Shown: piece after piece, positions 1 through 9,808 of the stretch | Position numbering within the stretch: position 1 is the stretch's first letter | Layout: the number at the start of each line of letters is the position of its first letter | Notes under the pieces: generated by a model | The model's database searches: none | Seen by the model: the letters and a program-made list of their open reading frames with translations, nothing else | Told to the model about the DNA's origin: nothing | Source: Candidatus Nanoarchaeia archaeon | GTDB lineage: Archaea; Nanobdellota; Nanobdellia; Tiddalikarchaeales; Tiddalikarchaeaceae | Length of the DNA: 64,000 nucleotides | Assembly (NCBI GenBank): GCA_041653395.1 | Contig: JBAZFK010000004.1 | Coordinates: forward strand, 5,307-69,306 | Reading direction: 5' to 3' | Position numbers and translations under genes: made by a program

Positions 1-715
1 AAAATATACTATTCAAAAAAAATAATGAGCATACCATCCCCACAACCATATTTATTATAGGTTTTAAATCCCAACTTTTTTCCATATATTTTTTTATAGT
101 TTTACCATACCAAATATATCTTTTAAAAAATAATTTAAAACTGATTATATTTGAATCCATTAATCTTGGAATTTTTATAATTCCAAAATTTTTTGATTTT
201 TTTTTGATTTTTTCAAATAAATACTTGTCTTCTCCATATTCTAATTTGCTACTAAATGGATTATTTCCTATAATTTTTTTATTATATGCTTCAGGAAGAT
301 GATTTAATGCATCACTTACTCCAAAATCTTTTATATTAATGATATTTCTTAAAGTATTATTACTTAAATAAGGTAAATAATTTGCAAGAACATAATCAAC
401 AGAGTTAGTATTATTAAAAAAATACATAATATTTGATAAAAAATATTTTTCATTTATAAATTTAGCATTTTCATCACTATCACTAAAAACTATAATCTGC
501 CCCTTTGAAGTTTTAACTCCCAAATTCCTAGCATAACTAGGTCCCTTTTTTAAATCTTTAATTATTTTTACATCTTTTATTTTTATTTTATTATTTGGAG
601 TTACCAATAATATTTCTTTTTTATTGTAATTTTGATTTTTCCAATATTTTATTCGTTGTATTGTTCCTTTATCATATTCTTTGGCTATAATTACAATACT
701 TACTTTTTTATCCAT
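1..715 (-). CDS. Glycosyltransferase family 2 protein (3' end runs off the window)
   Basis: Not in the ORF track; read manually from ATG at 715: MDKKVSIVIIAK...GPSYARNLGVKTSKGQIIVFSDSDD...YGEDKYL, with the GT-A ARNxG, DxD and GED motifs. Confidence 0.85.
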   Translation of the reverse strand, partial: MDKKVSIVIIAKEYDKGTIQRIKYWKNQNYNKKEILLVTPNNKIKIKDVKIIKDLKKGPSYARNLGVKTSKGQIIVFSDSDENAKFINEKYFLSNIMYFFNNTNSVDYVLANYLPYLSNNTLRNIINIKDFGVSDALNHLPEAYNKKIIGNNPFSSKLEYGEDKYLFEKIKKKSKNFGIIKIPRLMDSNIISFKLFFKRYIWYGKTIKKYMEKSWDLKPIINMVVGMVCSLFFLNSIF

Positions 716-2484
716 TTTTTACCCCATTTATTAAAAAAGAAAAGTCTAATGTTTAATTCTTCATTATTTTCACGATTTTTAAAAAAAGTATACCAATAAT
801 TGCTTATTTTTTTAATACTTTTAAGTTCTTTTTCGGATTTTGAATCAAATTTTAAATTTTTAAACCAGCAAGATATTGGTGCTCCAAATCCGTGTTTTTT
901 TAAATTTATAATTTCTTTTGGAACAATATCTTTTACGAGTTCTCTCATAAAAATTTTTGTCTGATTGAAATTAACTTTTAATCTAGAGGGTATTTTTTGG
1001 CTATATTCAATAAATCTATAGTCTAAAAAAGGGCTTCTGACTTCAATTGCATAAGCCATGGAAGTTCTGTCAACCTTTGTACAATAATTGTCTCCTAAAG
1101 TGTTAAATAAAATATCGTATATTCTTAATGCTTCAATAAGATTATTATCTGCTTTTTTTAAGCAATATCTTAAATTTTTCGAAGTCCAAAACATGTAATT
1201 TTTATTATCAAATTTGTTGCTGTAAAAATCTTCCTTTTTTTTAATTGATTTTTGAATCATATTCTTTATTTTTTTTATATTAATAATTTTTTCAAGCTTT
1301 TTTCTTAAATTAATAGGAATAACTTTTAATAAATTAATAATTAACGGAGTCTTATATATATTATAACCTCCAAATATTTCATCTCCTCCATCTCCGCTTA
1401 AAACAACAGTGACTTTTTTCTTGGCAAGTTTTGAAACTTGAAAAGTTGGAAACAAAGAATAATCCGCAAAAGGTTCATCAAAATGAAATGTAAATTTATC
1501 AATCCATTTTTCAAAATCTTTGTTTTTAAAACTATAATTCTGATGTTTTGTTTTGTAAAATTTTTTTACAATATTGATATATTTTGTTTCATCAAACTCA
1601 TTTTCAAACCCAATTGAAAATGTGTTTAATTTTTTTAGTTCTGTAAAATTTCTCATTAAACCTACAACTGAACTAGAATCTAATCCTCCACTTAAAAATG
1701 CTCCAATAGGAACATCAGATCTCATTCTTATTTTAACAGCATTTTCAAGAAGACTTTTTCCTTCATTTAATAATTGATTTTTATTTTTTATAGGTTTATA
1801 TTTTGGCAAATCATAGTATTTTTTTATAATTATATTCTTTTTTTTTATATCAAATATGAGATTATTTCCTTGGGGAAGTTTGAAAACTGAATTGTATATT
1901 GTGTAAGGTGAAGGAATAAACCCTAAAGTGAAATACAAATCCAAAGCTTTTTTATCTATATTTTCGAATCTATTTATATTGCATTGTTTATGTTCCAAAA
2001 TTCCTTTTAATTCGGAGCTGAATATAAATTTTTTATCTTTAAAATAGTAATAAAAAGGCTTTACTCCAAACCTGTCTCTTGAACAGAAAAGCAATTTTTT
2101 ATTTTTATCATAAATAACAAAAGCCCACATACCATTAAATTTTTTAACACATTCTTCTCCATATTCAATATATGCAGCAGTTATTACTTCCGTGTCCGAG
2201 TTTGATTTAAATAAATATCCTTTTTTTAAAAGTTCATCTTTAATCTCAACATAATTATATATTTCTCCATTAAAAACTATCTCTACTTCAATATTTTTAT
2301 GTTTATAATTCATTGGCTGCTTTCCAGCATTTGATAAATCAAGTATCGAAAGTCTAACTTGTCCTAAGCTTACATCTTTATCAACATATGTTCCTTTTCC
2401 GTTAGGACCCCTATGCTTTAATATTAAATTCATGTTAGTTATTATTTTGTTATTAGAAAAATTAAATCCATTAATTCCACACAT
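700..2484 (-). CDS. asnB: Asparagine synthase (glutamine-hydrolysing) family amidotransferase, probably glycan-modifying
   Basis: N-terminal MCGI, HRGP, FNGEIYN, RDRFGVKP, LSGGLDSS, SGDGGDEIFGGY, EVRSPFLD. Confidence 0.93.
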   Translation of the reverse strand: MCGINGFNFSNNKIITNMNLILKHRGPNGKGTYVDKDVSLGQVRLSILDLSNAGKQPMNYKHKNIEVEIVFNGEIYNYVEIKDELLKKGYLFKSNSDTEVITAAYIEYGEECVKKFNGMWAFVIYDKNKKLLFCSRDRFGVKPFYYYFKDKKFIFSSELKGILEHKQCNINRFENIDKKALDLYFTLGFIPSPYTIYNSVFKLPQGNNLIFDIKKKNIIIKKYYDLPKYKPIKNKNQLLNEGKSLLENAVKIRMRSDVPIGAFLSGGLDSSSVVGLMRNFTELKKLNTFSIGFENEFDETKYINIVKKFYKTKHQNYSFKNKDFEKWIDKFTFHFDEPFADYSLFPTFQVSKLAKKKVTVVLSGDGGDEIFGGYNIYKTPLIINLLKVIPINLRKKLEKIINIKKIKNMIQKSIKKKEDFYSNKFDNKNYMFWTSKNLRYCLKKADNNLIEALRIYDILFNTLGDNYCTKVDRTSMAYAIEVRSPFLDYRFIEYSQKIPSRLKVNFNQTKIFMRELVKDIVPKEIINLKKHGFGAPISCWFKNLKFDSKSEKELKSIKKISNYWYTFFKNRENNEELNIRLFFFNKWGKKWIKK

Positions 2485-2488
2485 ATTT

Positions 2489-3217
2489 TTACCTTTTTAA
2501 AATTTTTTTAAAAAATTCAATATTTAAAAAAGGTAAAATTTTTTTATAAAAATAATATCTTTTTGAATTAAATAAAAATAAGTCTGGATGTATTATTGAT
2601 AAAGGATTATCTTTATTTTTTTCAAATTCTTTCATTATTTTTTTATTTTTTTTTAGTATTTTTTTTTTAATATAAAAAAATATATTTTGAGAATAATAAA
2701 AAAGGATTTTTTTATCATTCCACATTTTATTTCTTAAACAATCAACAAGAACATAACCTTTTTTTTCAAATTTTTTCCTCCAATATATGGGCCATTGCTC
2801 ATTAATGTGATTAGTTCCTCCTTGATAAGGTATTGCTGATGAAAACACTATTATATCTCCAAGATTTACTAAAGATTCAACAAAAACATCAGAATTATTA
2901 TTTGATATGTGTTCTGCAACTTCTAAGCTTAAAACTAAATCAAATTTTTTTTTTATATTAATAGGTTTTTCTAAATCATGTTCTAAAAATTCATTTTTTG
3001 AAAACAATAATTTATCTTTTGATACATACTTCCCATCTATTCCCAATATTTTTTTAATTCCCTTTTTTTTAAAAACATTTAAAAAAACACCTAATCCGCA
3101 TCCAACATCTACGACACTTTTAGGATTAACAATTTTAAGAATAAACGAAACTATTTTTTCAGCAGATTCATAATTTAATTTTAGAGACTCATAAAATTTT
3201 TTTGAATAATATTTCAT
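2489..3217 (-). CDS. Class I SAM-dependent methyltransferase (glycan cluster type)
   Basis: VVDVGCGLG motif I; FDLVLSLEVAEH; PYQGGTNHINEQ. Confidence 0.88.
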   Translation of the reverse strand: MKYYSKKFYESLKLNYESAEKIVSFILKIVNPKSVVDVGCGLGVFLNVFKKKGIKKILGIDGKYVSKDKLLFSKNEFLEHDLEKPINIKKKFDLVLSLEVAEHISNNNSDVFVESLVNLGDIIVFSSAIPYQGGTNHINEQWPIYWRKKFEKKGYVLVDCLRNKMWNDKKILFYYSQNIFFYIKKKILKKNKKIMKEFEKNKDNPLSIIHPDLFLFNSKRYYFYKKILPFLNIEFFKKILKR

Positions 3218-3251
3218 AATATTTTTAAATTTTATTGTTTTTTAAATTTTT

Positions 3252-3995
3252 TTATATATTATTCCAGGCTTTTTCTGCGTCTTCCCAGTTGCCTAAATCT
3301 AAGTATTTTCCCTTTATTGTCACTATTTTGATTTTTTCCCCGTTTTTTAGTGCAGTTTTTAGGACATCGGGAACTTGGTATTCATTTTTTACTCCAACAG
3401 GCGTTTTTTCAAAGTATTCAAAGTATTTAGGGCTGAAAATATAGATTCCTAAATTAACCAAATATTTCCCGTTTTTTATTTTGAATGCCTCTGCTTGACT
3501 AAGTGTTGGCTTTTCAATAGAATCAATAAGATTATTATTATCAATTTTCAGTATTCCATACTTTGTTGGGTCTTCAATTTCTCTTGCAAGAATTGTTGCA
3601 AAGGGCTTTTCTTTGCTATGCATCTTGACTGCTTTTATTATCTCATCTTTTGGCTCAATAAAAGCATCTCCAACATGAACTAAAAAATCTTCATTAATCC
3701 AAGCTTTCCCTTGATATATTGCATGAGCCAGCCCTTTCAGCTCTTCTTGAAATAAGTAAGCAAGATTCAGATTGCCTTTTTTTAACTCAGTTCCGTTGCC
3801 CAAATGGTCAATTATTGCGCCTTTATGGGTTCCAACAACAACGAAGATTTTGTCTATTTTCGCATAAGAATGCATTGTCTCTATAACATGGTCTATTACT
3901 GCTTTTCTTTGTATTGGAAATAACTCTTTAGGGTTAGCCCTGGTAAAAGGATACATTCTTGTTCCGCTTCCTGCTGCTGGAATTAAGCCAATCAT
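3252..3995 (-). CDS. Sugar-1-phosphate nucleotidyltransferase (RmlA/GalU-like), paralog 1
   Basis: GLIPAAGSGTRM..PKEL, QEELKGLAHA, GD, YGI, IEKP, DLG. Confidence 0.9.
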   Translation of the reverse strand: MIGLIPAAGSGTRMYPFTRANPKELFPIQRKAVIDHVIETMHSYAKIDKIFVVVGTHKGAIIDHLGNGTELKKGNLNLAYLFQEELKGLAHAIYQGKAWINEDFLVHVGDAFIEPKDEIIKAVKMHSKEKPFATILAREIEDPTKYGILKIDNNNLIDSIEKPTLSQAEAFKIKNGKYLVNLGIYIFSPKYFEYFEKTPVGVKNEYQVPDVLKTALKNGEKIKIVTIKGKYLDLGNWEDAEKAWNNI

Positions 3996-4016
3996 GATTA
4001 TTCTTAAAACATCTCT

Positions 4017-4766
4017 TTATTTAATCTTTTCCTGTGCGTTTTCAGCATCTTCCCAGTTGCCAATATCAAAGGAATAACCCTTAAGATTATGTATTATTAT
4101 TTTTTTGCCATCTTTTAGCGCTAATTTTATTGAATCAGTTATTTGGAATTCATTCTTTGCGCCTATAGGGGTTTTTTCAATGTAGCCAAAGATTTCTTTT
4201 CTAAACAAATAAATAGGTGAAACGCATAAATATTTTCCATTCTTTGTTTTGAATGACTCTGCCTGCTCTATTGTTGGCTTTTCAATAGCATCAATTAAAT
4301 AGCCAGTTTCATCAACTTTTAATATTCCGTACTTTGTAGGGTCATTAACTTCTTTTGCTAATATTACTGCAAAGGGCTTTTTTTCTTCAAATTTTTTTAT
4401 AGCTTCCTTTATTTCATCTTTTGGGTGAATGAATGTGTCGCCTGCGTGCACGATAAAATCCTCATCTATGAATTGTTTTGCTTGGTATATTGCATGAGCC
4501 AGCCCTTTTCTTTCTTCCTGAAATAAATAAGCAACTTTTAGTTTTTCCTTATTTTGCATGCTTCCATCTCCCACATGGTCAATTATTGCCCCTTTATGCG
4601 ATCCTACAACTATGAATATTTTGTTAATATTTGCATAATCATGAAGAGTTTCTATAACATGGTCTATTACTGCCTTTCTTTTAATATGAAACAATTCCTT
4701 AGGGATTGCTCTAGTAAAAGGCATCATTCTTGTTCCTGAGCCAGCTGCTGGAATCAATCCTATCAT
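4017..4766 (-). CDS. Sugar-1-phosphate nucleotidyltransferase (RmlA/GalU-like), paralog 2
   Basis: GLIPAAGSGTRM..PKEL, QEERKGLAHA, IEKP, EFQITD, FDIG; clear tandem paralog of 3252-3995. Confidence 0.9.
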   Translation of the reverse strand: MIGLIPAAGSGTRMMPFTRAIPKELFHIKRKAVIDHVIETLHDYANINKIFIVVGSHKGAIIDHVGDGSMQNKEKLKVAYLFQEERKGLAHAIYQAKQFIDEDFIVHAGDTFIHPKDEIKEAIKKFEEKKPFAVILAKEVNDPTKYGILKVDETGYLIDAIEKPTIEQAESFKTKNGKYLCVSPIYLFRKEIFGYIEKTPIGAKNEFQITDSIKLALKDGKKIIIHNLKGYSFDIGNWEDAENAQEKIK

Positions 4767-5689
4767 TTTATTTCCTCCAAAAATTTTTTTAAACCATTTT
4801 CAAATGAATATTCTGGCTGCCAATTAAGCAGTTTTTTTGCTTTAGAACTATCAGGCACCCTTCTCACAGGGTCATCTTTAGGCAATTCTGAATAGACTAT
4901 TTTTGAATTAGATTTTGTTAATTTTATTAAAGTTTCTGCAAGTTCAATCATAGTATGCTCTTCAGTATTTCCTAAATTAATCACTTCCCCTTTTAATCCT
5001 TGCTTTGTTGCAAAAGTGTAAATTCCATTTATTAAATCATTAACATAGCAAAAACATCTTGTCTGAGTGCCTTTTCCAAAAATAGTGATTGGTTTATTGT
5101 TAACTGCTTGATCTATAAAATTTGTCACAACTCTGCCATCATCAAATCTCATTTTAGGCCCATAAGTGTTAAATATTCTCACAATTCTTACATCAACATT
5201 GAACTTATTTAAATATTCATAGCAGTAAGTTTCCCCTAATCTTTTACTTTCATCATAGCAGCTTCTAGGGCCAAAGCTGTTAACATATCCTAGATAATTT
5301 TCAGGAGTTGGTATTATTTGGGCTTGGCCATAGATTTCGCTAGTGCTTGCATATAAAATTACAGCATTGTCTTTTTTTGCTTTTTCTAGGCAATTAAGTG
5401 TGCCACTAGTGTTAGCTTCAATTGTTTCAAAGCTATTTTCTTGATAATCATAAGGGCTTGCACGGCTAGCAAAATGCAGAATCATGTCAACTTTTTCTAT
5501 TTTGCTTAAATCTTTTGTAACATCTGCTTTGACAAATTTAAACTTAGGATTATTTGTAAATTCATCAATGTTTTCTTTCCTTCCGCTTCCAAGATTATCA
5601 ATGCAGATTACTTCATAATCATTATCTAAAAATTTTTTGCATAGATGGCTTCCTAAAAATCCAGCTCCTCCAGCGACTAAAACTTTCAT
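4763..5689 (-). CDS. UDP-glucuronate decarboxylase (UDP-xylose synthase) family extended SDR
   Basis: GGAGFLGSHL, ASRASP, ASTSEIYG, GPRSCYDESKR, RIFNTYGP, DGRVV, DDPVRRVPD. Confidence 0.9.
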   Translation of the reverse strand: MKVLVAGGAGFLGSHLCKKFLDNDYEVICIDNLGSGRKENIDEFTNNPKFKFVKADVTKDLSKIEKVDMILHFASRASPYDYQENSFETIEANTSGTLNCLEKAKKDNAVILYASTSEIYGQAQIIPTPENYLGYVNSFGPRSCYDESKRLGETYCYEYLNKFNVDVRIVRIFNTYGPKMRFDDGRVVTNFIDQAVNNKPITIFGKGTQTRCFCYVNDLINGIYTFATKQGLKGEVINLGNTEEHTMIELAETLIKLTKSNSKIVYSELPKDDPVRRVPDSSKAKKLLNWQPEYSFENGLKKFLEEIK

Positions 5690-5728
5690 AGTTTTATTTT
5701 AAAATGTAGCACTTAAAAAGTCTTACCT

Positions 5729-5749
5729 TTATCCTACTTTATAGGATAA
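5729..5749. promoter_or_regulatory. Perfect inverted repeat TTATCCTA-N5-TAGGATAA between divergent promoters; candidate operator
   Basis: 8-bp arms at 5729-5736 and 5742-5749, abutting the TTTATAAA box (5750-5757) of the first RHH-fusion gene. Confidence 0.6.
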
Positions 5750-5780
5750 TTTATAAATATTAAAAATTATTAAAACATTA

Positions 5781-6524
5781 ATGAAATCTAAAATATCAAT
5801 CACTCTTGATGAAAAATTGCTTAAAACTTTAGATGTCTATATTGACGGATTCAATGTCAGGAATCGCTCGCAAGCAATTGAGCAAATACTTTCAAAGAAT
5901 CTAATCCAAGCAAAAATAGCAGTAATATTGGCTTCAAAAATGAAGGATTACAGGTTTAATAAAGAAGTAAAAGGGCAAAAAGCAATTATTTGGCTCTTTA
6001 AGAAACTTCAAAATTATGGGTTTAAAAAATCATTTGTTATAGCTGAAAAAGAGGTTTTATCAAAAATCTTTGAAATAATAGGCTCAGGCAATGACTATTT
6101 TTTAAGCATTGAATATGTTGAAGATTCTAATCCTCAAGGAAGCCTCAAATCTTTATCTTTATTAAAAAACAGGATTAATTCAAGCTTTTTAGTAATCCCT
6201 GCTGATAATTATTTTGAATTTGATATTGATTCATTCTGGAAGTTTCATTCCAAAAATACTAATTTAGCAACTTTAGCAATTACTACCTCAAATACTCCGT
6301 CAAAATTAGGTGTTGTTGAATTAACTGGCGAAAAGATAATTGGATTTATACAAAAACCTCAAAAATCTAAAAATTATTTGGTTTGGAGCGGAATAATGAT
6401 GGCTGAACCAGAAATACTATTTTATGACTATAAAAGCATTGAAAAAGAATTAATCCCAAAACTAATTGAACTTAATTCTTTAGGAGGATTCATTTTTGCA
6501 GGAGAATGGAAAAACATTGAATAA
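5781..6524 (+). CDS. Ribbon-helix-helix (CopG/NikR-like) domain fused to a degenerate nucleotidyltransferase domain
   Basis: N-terminal KISITLDEKLL..LD...RNRSQAIEQIL; NTase fold (YVED..GS, PADNYF, LGVV, FIQKP), but the GGxGTR loop is replaced by ASKMKDYR. Confidence 0.8.
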   Translation: MKSKISITLDEKLLKTLDVYIDGFNVRNRSQAIEQILSKNLIQAKIAVILASKMKDYRFNKEVKGQKAIIWLFKKLQNYGFKKSFVIAEKEVLSKIFEIIGSGNDYFLSIEYVEDSNPQGSLKSLSLLKNRINSSFLVIPADNYFEFDIDSFWKFHSKNTNLATLAITTSNTPSKLGVVELTGEKIIGFIQKPQKSKNYLVWSGIMMAEPEILFYDYKSIEKELIPKLIELNSLGGFIFAGEWKNIE

Positions 6525-6560
6525 TAACATTTATAAATAAATATTACTAAGTATTACGTT

Positions 6561-7409
6561 ATGATAAATCGTGAGCATATATCGTTAACTCTTGATAAAT
6601 CAATTCTCTCAGAGGTTGACAAATTAATAGACGGAAATACTATAAGAAACAGAAGCCATGCAATAGAAGTATTACTCTCCAGAGTTATTGACACTAAAAA
6701 GGTAAAAAAAGCCTTTATCTTAGCTGGCGGAAAAGGCACAAGATTAAGGCCAATTACTTATGAGATTCCAAAACCAATGGTACTAATCCATGGAAGACCT
6801 CTTTTAGAGCACACTATTGATTTACTGAAAAAATATGACATCAGAGATATAATACTCTCAATAGGTTACATGGGCGAAAAAATCAAGGAATACTTCGGCA
6901 ATGGCTCAAAATTCGGCGTGAAAATCACATATGTTGAAGAATCTGAGCCAAAAGGAACAGCAGGAGCATTAAGGCTGGCAAAGCCATTATTAGACAATTG
7001 CAATTTTATAATGATAAATGGAGACAACTTATACAATATTGATTACGCTGAATTAATACAAAATTCACTAAACAACGCAGCAATTGCAACAATTGCCCTA
7101 ACAACAGTAGCAGACCCATCAAAGTTCGGAGTGGTAAAAATGAAAGGAACTAAAATTATAGACTTTGTGAGCTATCCAAAAAAAGAGGACGCTCCCTCAA
7201 ATTTAATTAATGCAGGAATTTATGTACTCACACCTAAAGTTTTTGAATATATACCTACTGACAAGGAATTTTCAATGATAGAGACTGAAGTCTTTCCTAA
7301 TCTGATAAAGGATGATCAATTCTATGGCTATGTCATGGAAGGGCAGTGGCTTCCTGCAGGCACCTTGGAAGAATACGAGCAAGCAATTAGGGAGTGGAAA
7401 GATGTATGA
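6561..7409 (+). CDS. Ribbon-helix-helix domain fused to an intact sugar-1-phosphate nucleotidyltransferase (Man-1-P guanylyltransferase-like)
   Basis: HISLTLDKSIL..VD...RNRSHAIEVLL, then ILAGGKGTRLRPITYEIPKPM, EPKGTAGA, NGDN, FGVV, INAGIY. Confidence 0.88.
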   Translation: MINREHISLTLDKSILSEVDKLIDGNTIRNRSHAIEVLLSRVIDTKKVKKAFILAGGKGTRLRPITYEIPKPMVLIHGRPLLEHTIDLLKKYDIRDIILSIGYMGEKIKEYFGNGSKFGVKITYVEESEPKGTAGALRLAKPLLDNCNFIMINGDNLYNIDYAELIQNSLNNAAIATIALTTVADPSKFGVVKMKGTKIIDFVSYPKKEDAPSNLINAGIYVLTPKVFEYIPTDKEFSMIETEVFPNLIKDDQFYGYVMEGQWLPAGTLEEYEQAIREWKDV

Positions 7410-8725
7410 GCATTTTCAAGGCTTATGACATAAGGGGAAAATATCCAAGCGAAATAAATGAAGAACTCTCAGGAAAAATAGCAAAAGCATTCTGCCAATT
7501 TCTAAAGCCCCAAACAATAGTAATAGGAAGGGACATGAGGCTTAGCTCAGAAAGCATTAAAGATAAAATAATTAGCTCACTAATAAGCCAAGGAATAAAA
7601 GTGATAAACATAGGATTAGTCAGCACTCCAATGTTTTACTTTGCAGTAAACCACTTCAAAGCAGATTCAGGATTAATGATAACAGCATCGCATAACCCGA
7701 AAGAGTACAATGGCTTAAAATTAGTGAAAGAGTTTGCCAAACCAATACATTATGACAATGGAATAAAGGAAATAGAAGAATTAGTAAAAAAAAATGAATT
7801 CATTAAATCAAAACTTAAAGGTATAGAAGTCAAAAAAGACATTGAAAAAGAATACTTAGATTACATTAAAAATTTAGCCCCAAAAAAGATTAAGAGCTTC
7901 AAAATAGTTGCTGATTACGGCAATGGCATGAATGCAATCACGACAAAAAAATTACTGCAATCAATGAATATTAAACTAATAAATATGTATGATTTAGTTG
8001 ACGGAACATTTCCAAACCATGAAGCAAACCCTTTAAAAGAAGAAACACTGGTTGATTTGCAAAAACGAGTAATTGCAGAAAAAGCTGATTTAGGACTTGC
8101 ATTTGATGGAGATGGAGACAGAATGGTAATAATTGATGAACTAGGCGGAATAATAAGCGGAGACATGACAACAGCAATTATTTCAAAAGAAATACTTAAC
8201 TATTCAAAAGAAAAAATCTTATTTGACCTAAGAAGCTCAAAAGCAGTAACAGAATTAATAGCAAAAAACGGAGGAACGCCACTACTTACAAGAGTTGGCC
8301 ATTCATTCATAAAGGAAAGGATGAGAAATGAAAATATCTGCTTTGCAGGAGAACTATCAGGGCATTTTTTCTTCAGGGAAAACTTTTACACAGATTCAGC
8401 TGATTTAGCAATGCTAAAAGTGCTAAGTCTTTTATCAAAGCAGGATAAAAAGATTTCAGAATTAATAAAAGAGATAAAAAAATATTACCATTCAGGGGAG
8501 ATAAACAAGGAAATACAAAACAAAGATGAAATCTTTCAAAGGCTAAAAGAAAACTACCCAAATCTTAATCTTTTGACAATTGACGGCTTGACATTCCAGG
8601 ACAAAGATTACTGGTTTAATGTAAGGGCATCAAACACCGAACCCTTAATAAGATTAACAGTTGAAGCAGACACAAAAGAAAAAATGGAAACAAAAGTAAA
8701 AGAAGTCCTAAGCCTTATCTATTAA
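7406..8725 (+). CDS. Phosphomannomutase/phosphoglucomutase 1
   Basis: FKAYDIRG, TASHNP, FDGDGDR, GELSGH, RASNTEP; ATG at 7406 overlaps the upstream stop (ATGA). Confidence 0.95.
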   Translation: MSIFKAYDIRGKYPSEINEELSGKIAKAFCQFLKPQTIVIGRDMRLSSESIKDKIISSLISQGIKVINIGLVSTPMFYFAVNHFKADSGLMITASHNPKEYNGLKLVKEFAKPIHYDNGIKEIEELVKKNEFIKSKLKGIEVKKDIEKEYLDYIKNLAPKKIKSFKIVADYGNGMNAITTKKLLQSMNIKLINMYDLVDGTFPNHEANPLKEETLVDLQKRVIAEKADLGLAFDGDGDRMVIIDELGGIISGDMTTAIISKEILNYSKEKILFDLRSSKAVTELIAKNGGTPLLTRVGHSFIKERMRNENICFAGELSGHFFFRENFYTDSADLAMLKVLSLLSKQDKKISELIKEIKKYYHSGEINKEIQNKDEIFQRLKENYPNLNLLTIDGLTFQDKDYWFNVRASNTEPLIRLTVEADTKEKMETKVKEVLSLIY

Positions 8726-9725
8726 GGCTTAAAAACTCTAATAATTCTTTACTCTCAGTCTTTATTTCAGAATTTATTGGAAAATTTCTGTAAATATTAT
8801 CAAATTCCATTCTCATTTTACCTTTTTCATTTAATACTTCAGTTAAACCATTAACTTTTCCAATCCACTCTTTAGAGGCATTAGCTTGAATAAAATATTT
8901 TTTATTAGTTTCAAAAAGAGTATTTACCTCTTTTGCACTTAACTCACTGTAAACTGTTTGACCAGGCATATCAAACTCAATGAACTTATTTTCCAATTCA
9001 TTAAATCCGTACTTTTTGCTCTGAATATCAAATAGTCCTGTTTTATTATCCTGTATTACAAAAGCCCTATTGTAGCCTTCGCCGTCATAAAATGACAAAT
9101 TCTTTCCAGGCACTAATTTTACATTAGAAGTGATCATTACAGGAAACATCAGCTCTAAAGTCTTGTTTGAAGGCTCAGAAGTGTAAAGAATATTTTCTGC
9201 CAATTTTTCTCCATCAACTGACAATGAATACATTTCAGGATGTCCAAAAATGCTGGCCTTAACTTTCCTTTCACCGTTAACTTTTGGAGCGTGCTCAAAA
9301 TCAGTCTTTGCCATTATTTTGTCATATTCCTTAAAGATTATATTAGAAATAACTTCATTATACTCTTCAAATTCTCCCTTAAATTCAGGTATTAAAAGTT
9401 CAAGACCTTTGCTTTTGCTCTTGTAAACCATCAATGCTTCTCCAAAGCCTTCTTCAAACGCCTGTGTTATAACTTGTTTTGCTGGAACTTTTTCGTCTTC
9501 ATATTCCATTACTCCAAAAGAGCCTCCGTCAAGGCAGCCAAGCTTTGCAATTTTGTAAAAATCCATTCCCCTATACATGAATATTGAATGCGTATTACCA
9601 AGGTACATCATTGTTCCAAGGCCAATATTGTACTGATTAAAATTTTCATCAGTTTTAGTGGTAAGATTTTTTAAATTCACCCCTTTTTTATTTAATTCAT
9701 ATTCAGCTTTTACTCTGCTTTTCAT
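8715..9725 (-). CDS. Hypothetical protein
   Basis: 336-aa ORF with no recognised motif. Confidence 0.7.
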   Translation of the reverse strand: MKSRVKAEYELNKKGVNLKNLTTKTDENFNQYNIGLGTMMYLGNTHSIFMYRGMDFYKIAKLGCLDGGSFGVMEYEDEKVPAKQVITQAFEEGFGEALMVYKSKSKGLELLIPEFKGEFEEYNEVISNIIFKEYDKIMAKTDFEHAPKVNGERKVKASIFGHPEMYSLSVDGEKLAENILYTSEPSNKTLELMFPVMITSNVKLVPGKNLSFYDGEGYNRAFVIQDNKTGLFDIQSKKYGFNELENKFIEFDMPGQTVYSELSAKEVNTLFETNKKYFIQANASKEWIGKVNGLTEVLNEKGKMRMEFDNIYRNFPINSEIKTESKELLEFLSLNR

Positions 9726-9808
9726 AAAAATTAATTAAATAAATCTATTTAATAATGTTTTTATAATCAATCGGGCTTTTTTTAAATAACAAATTTCAAA
9801 AATATGAT

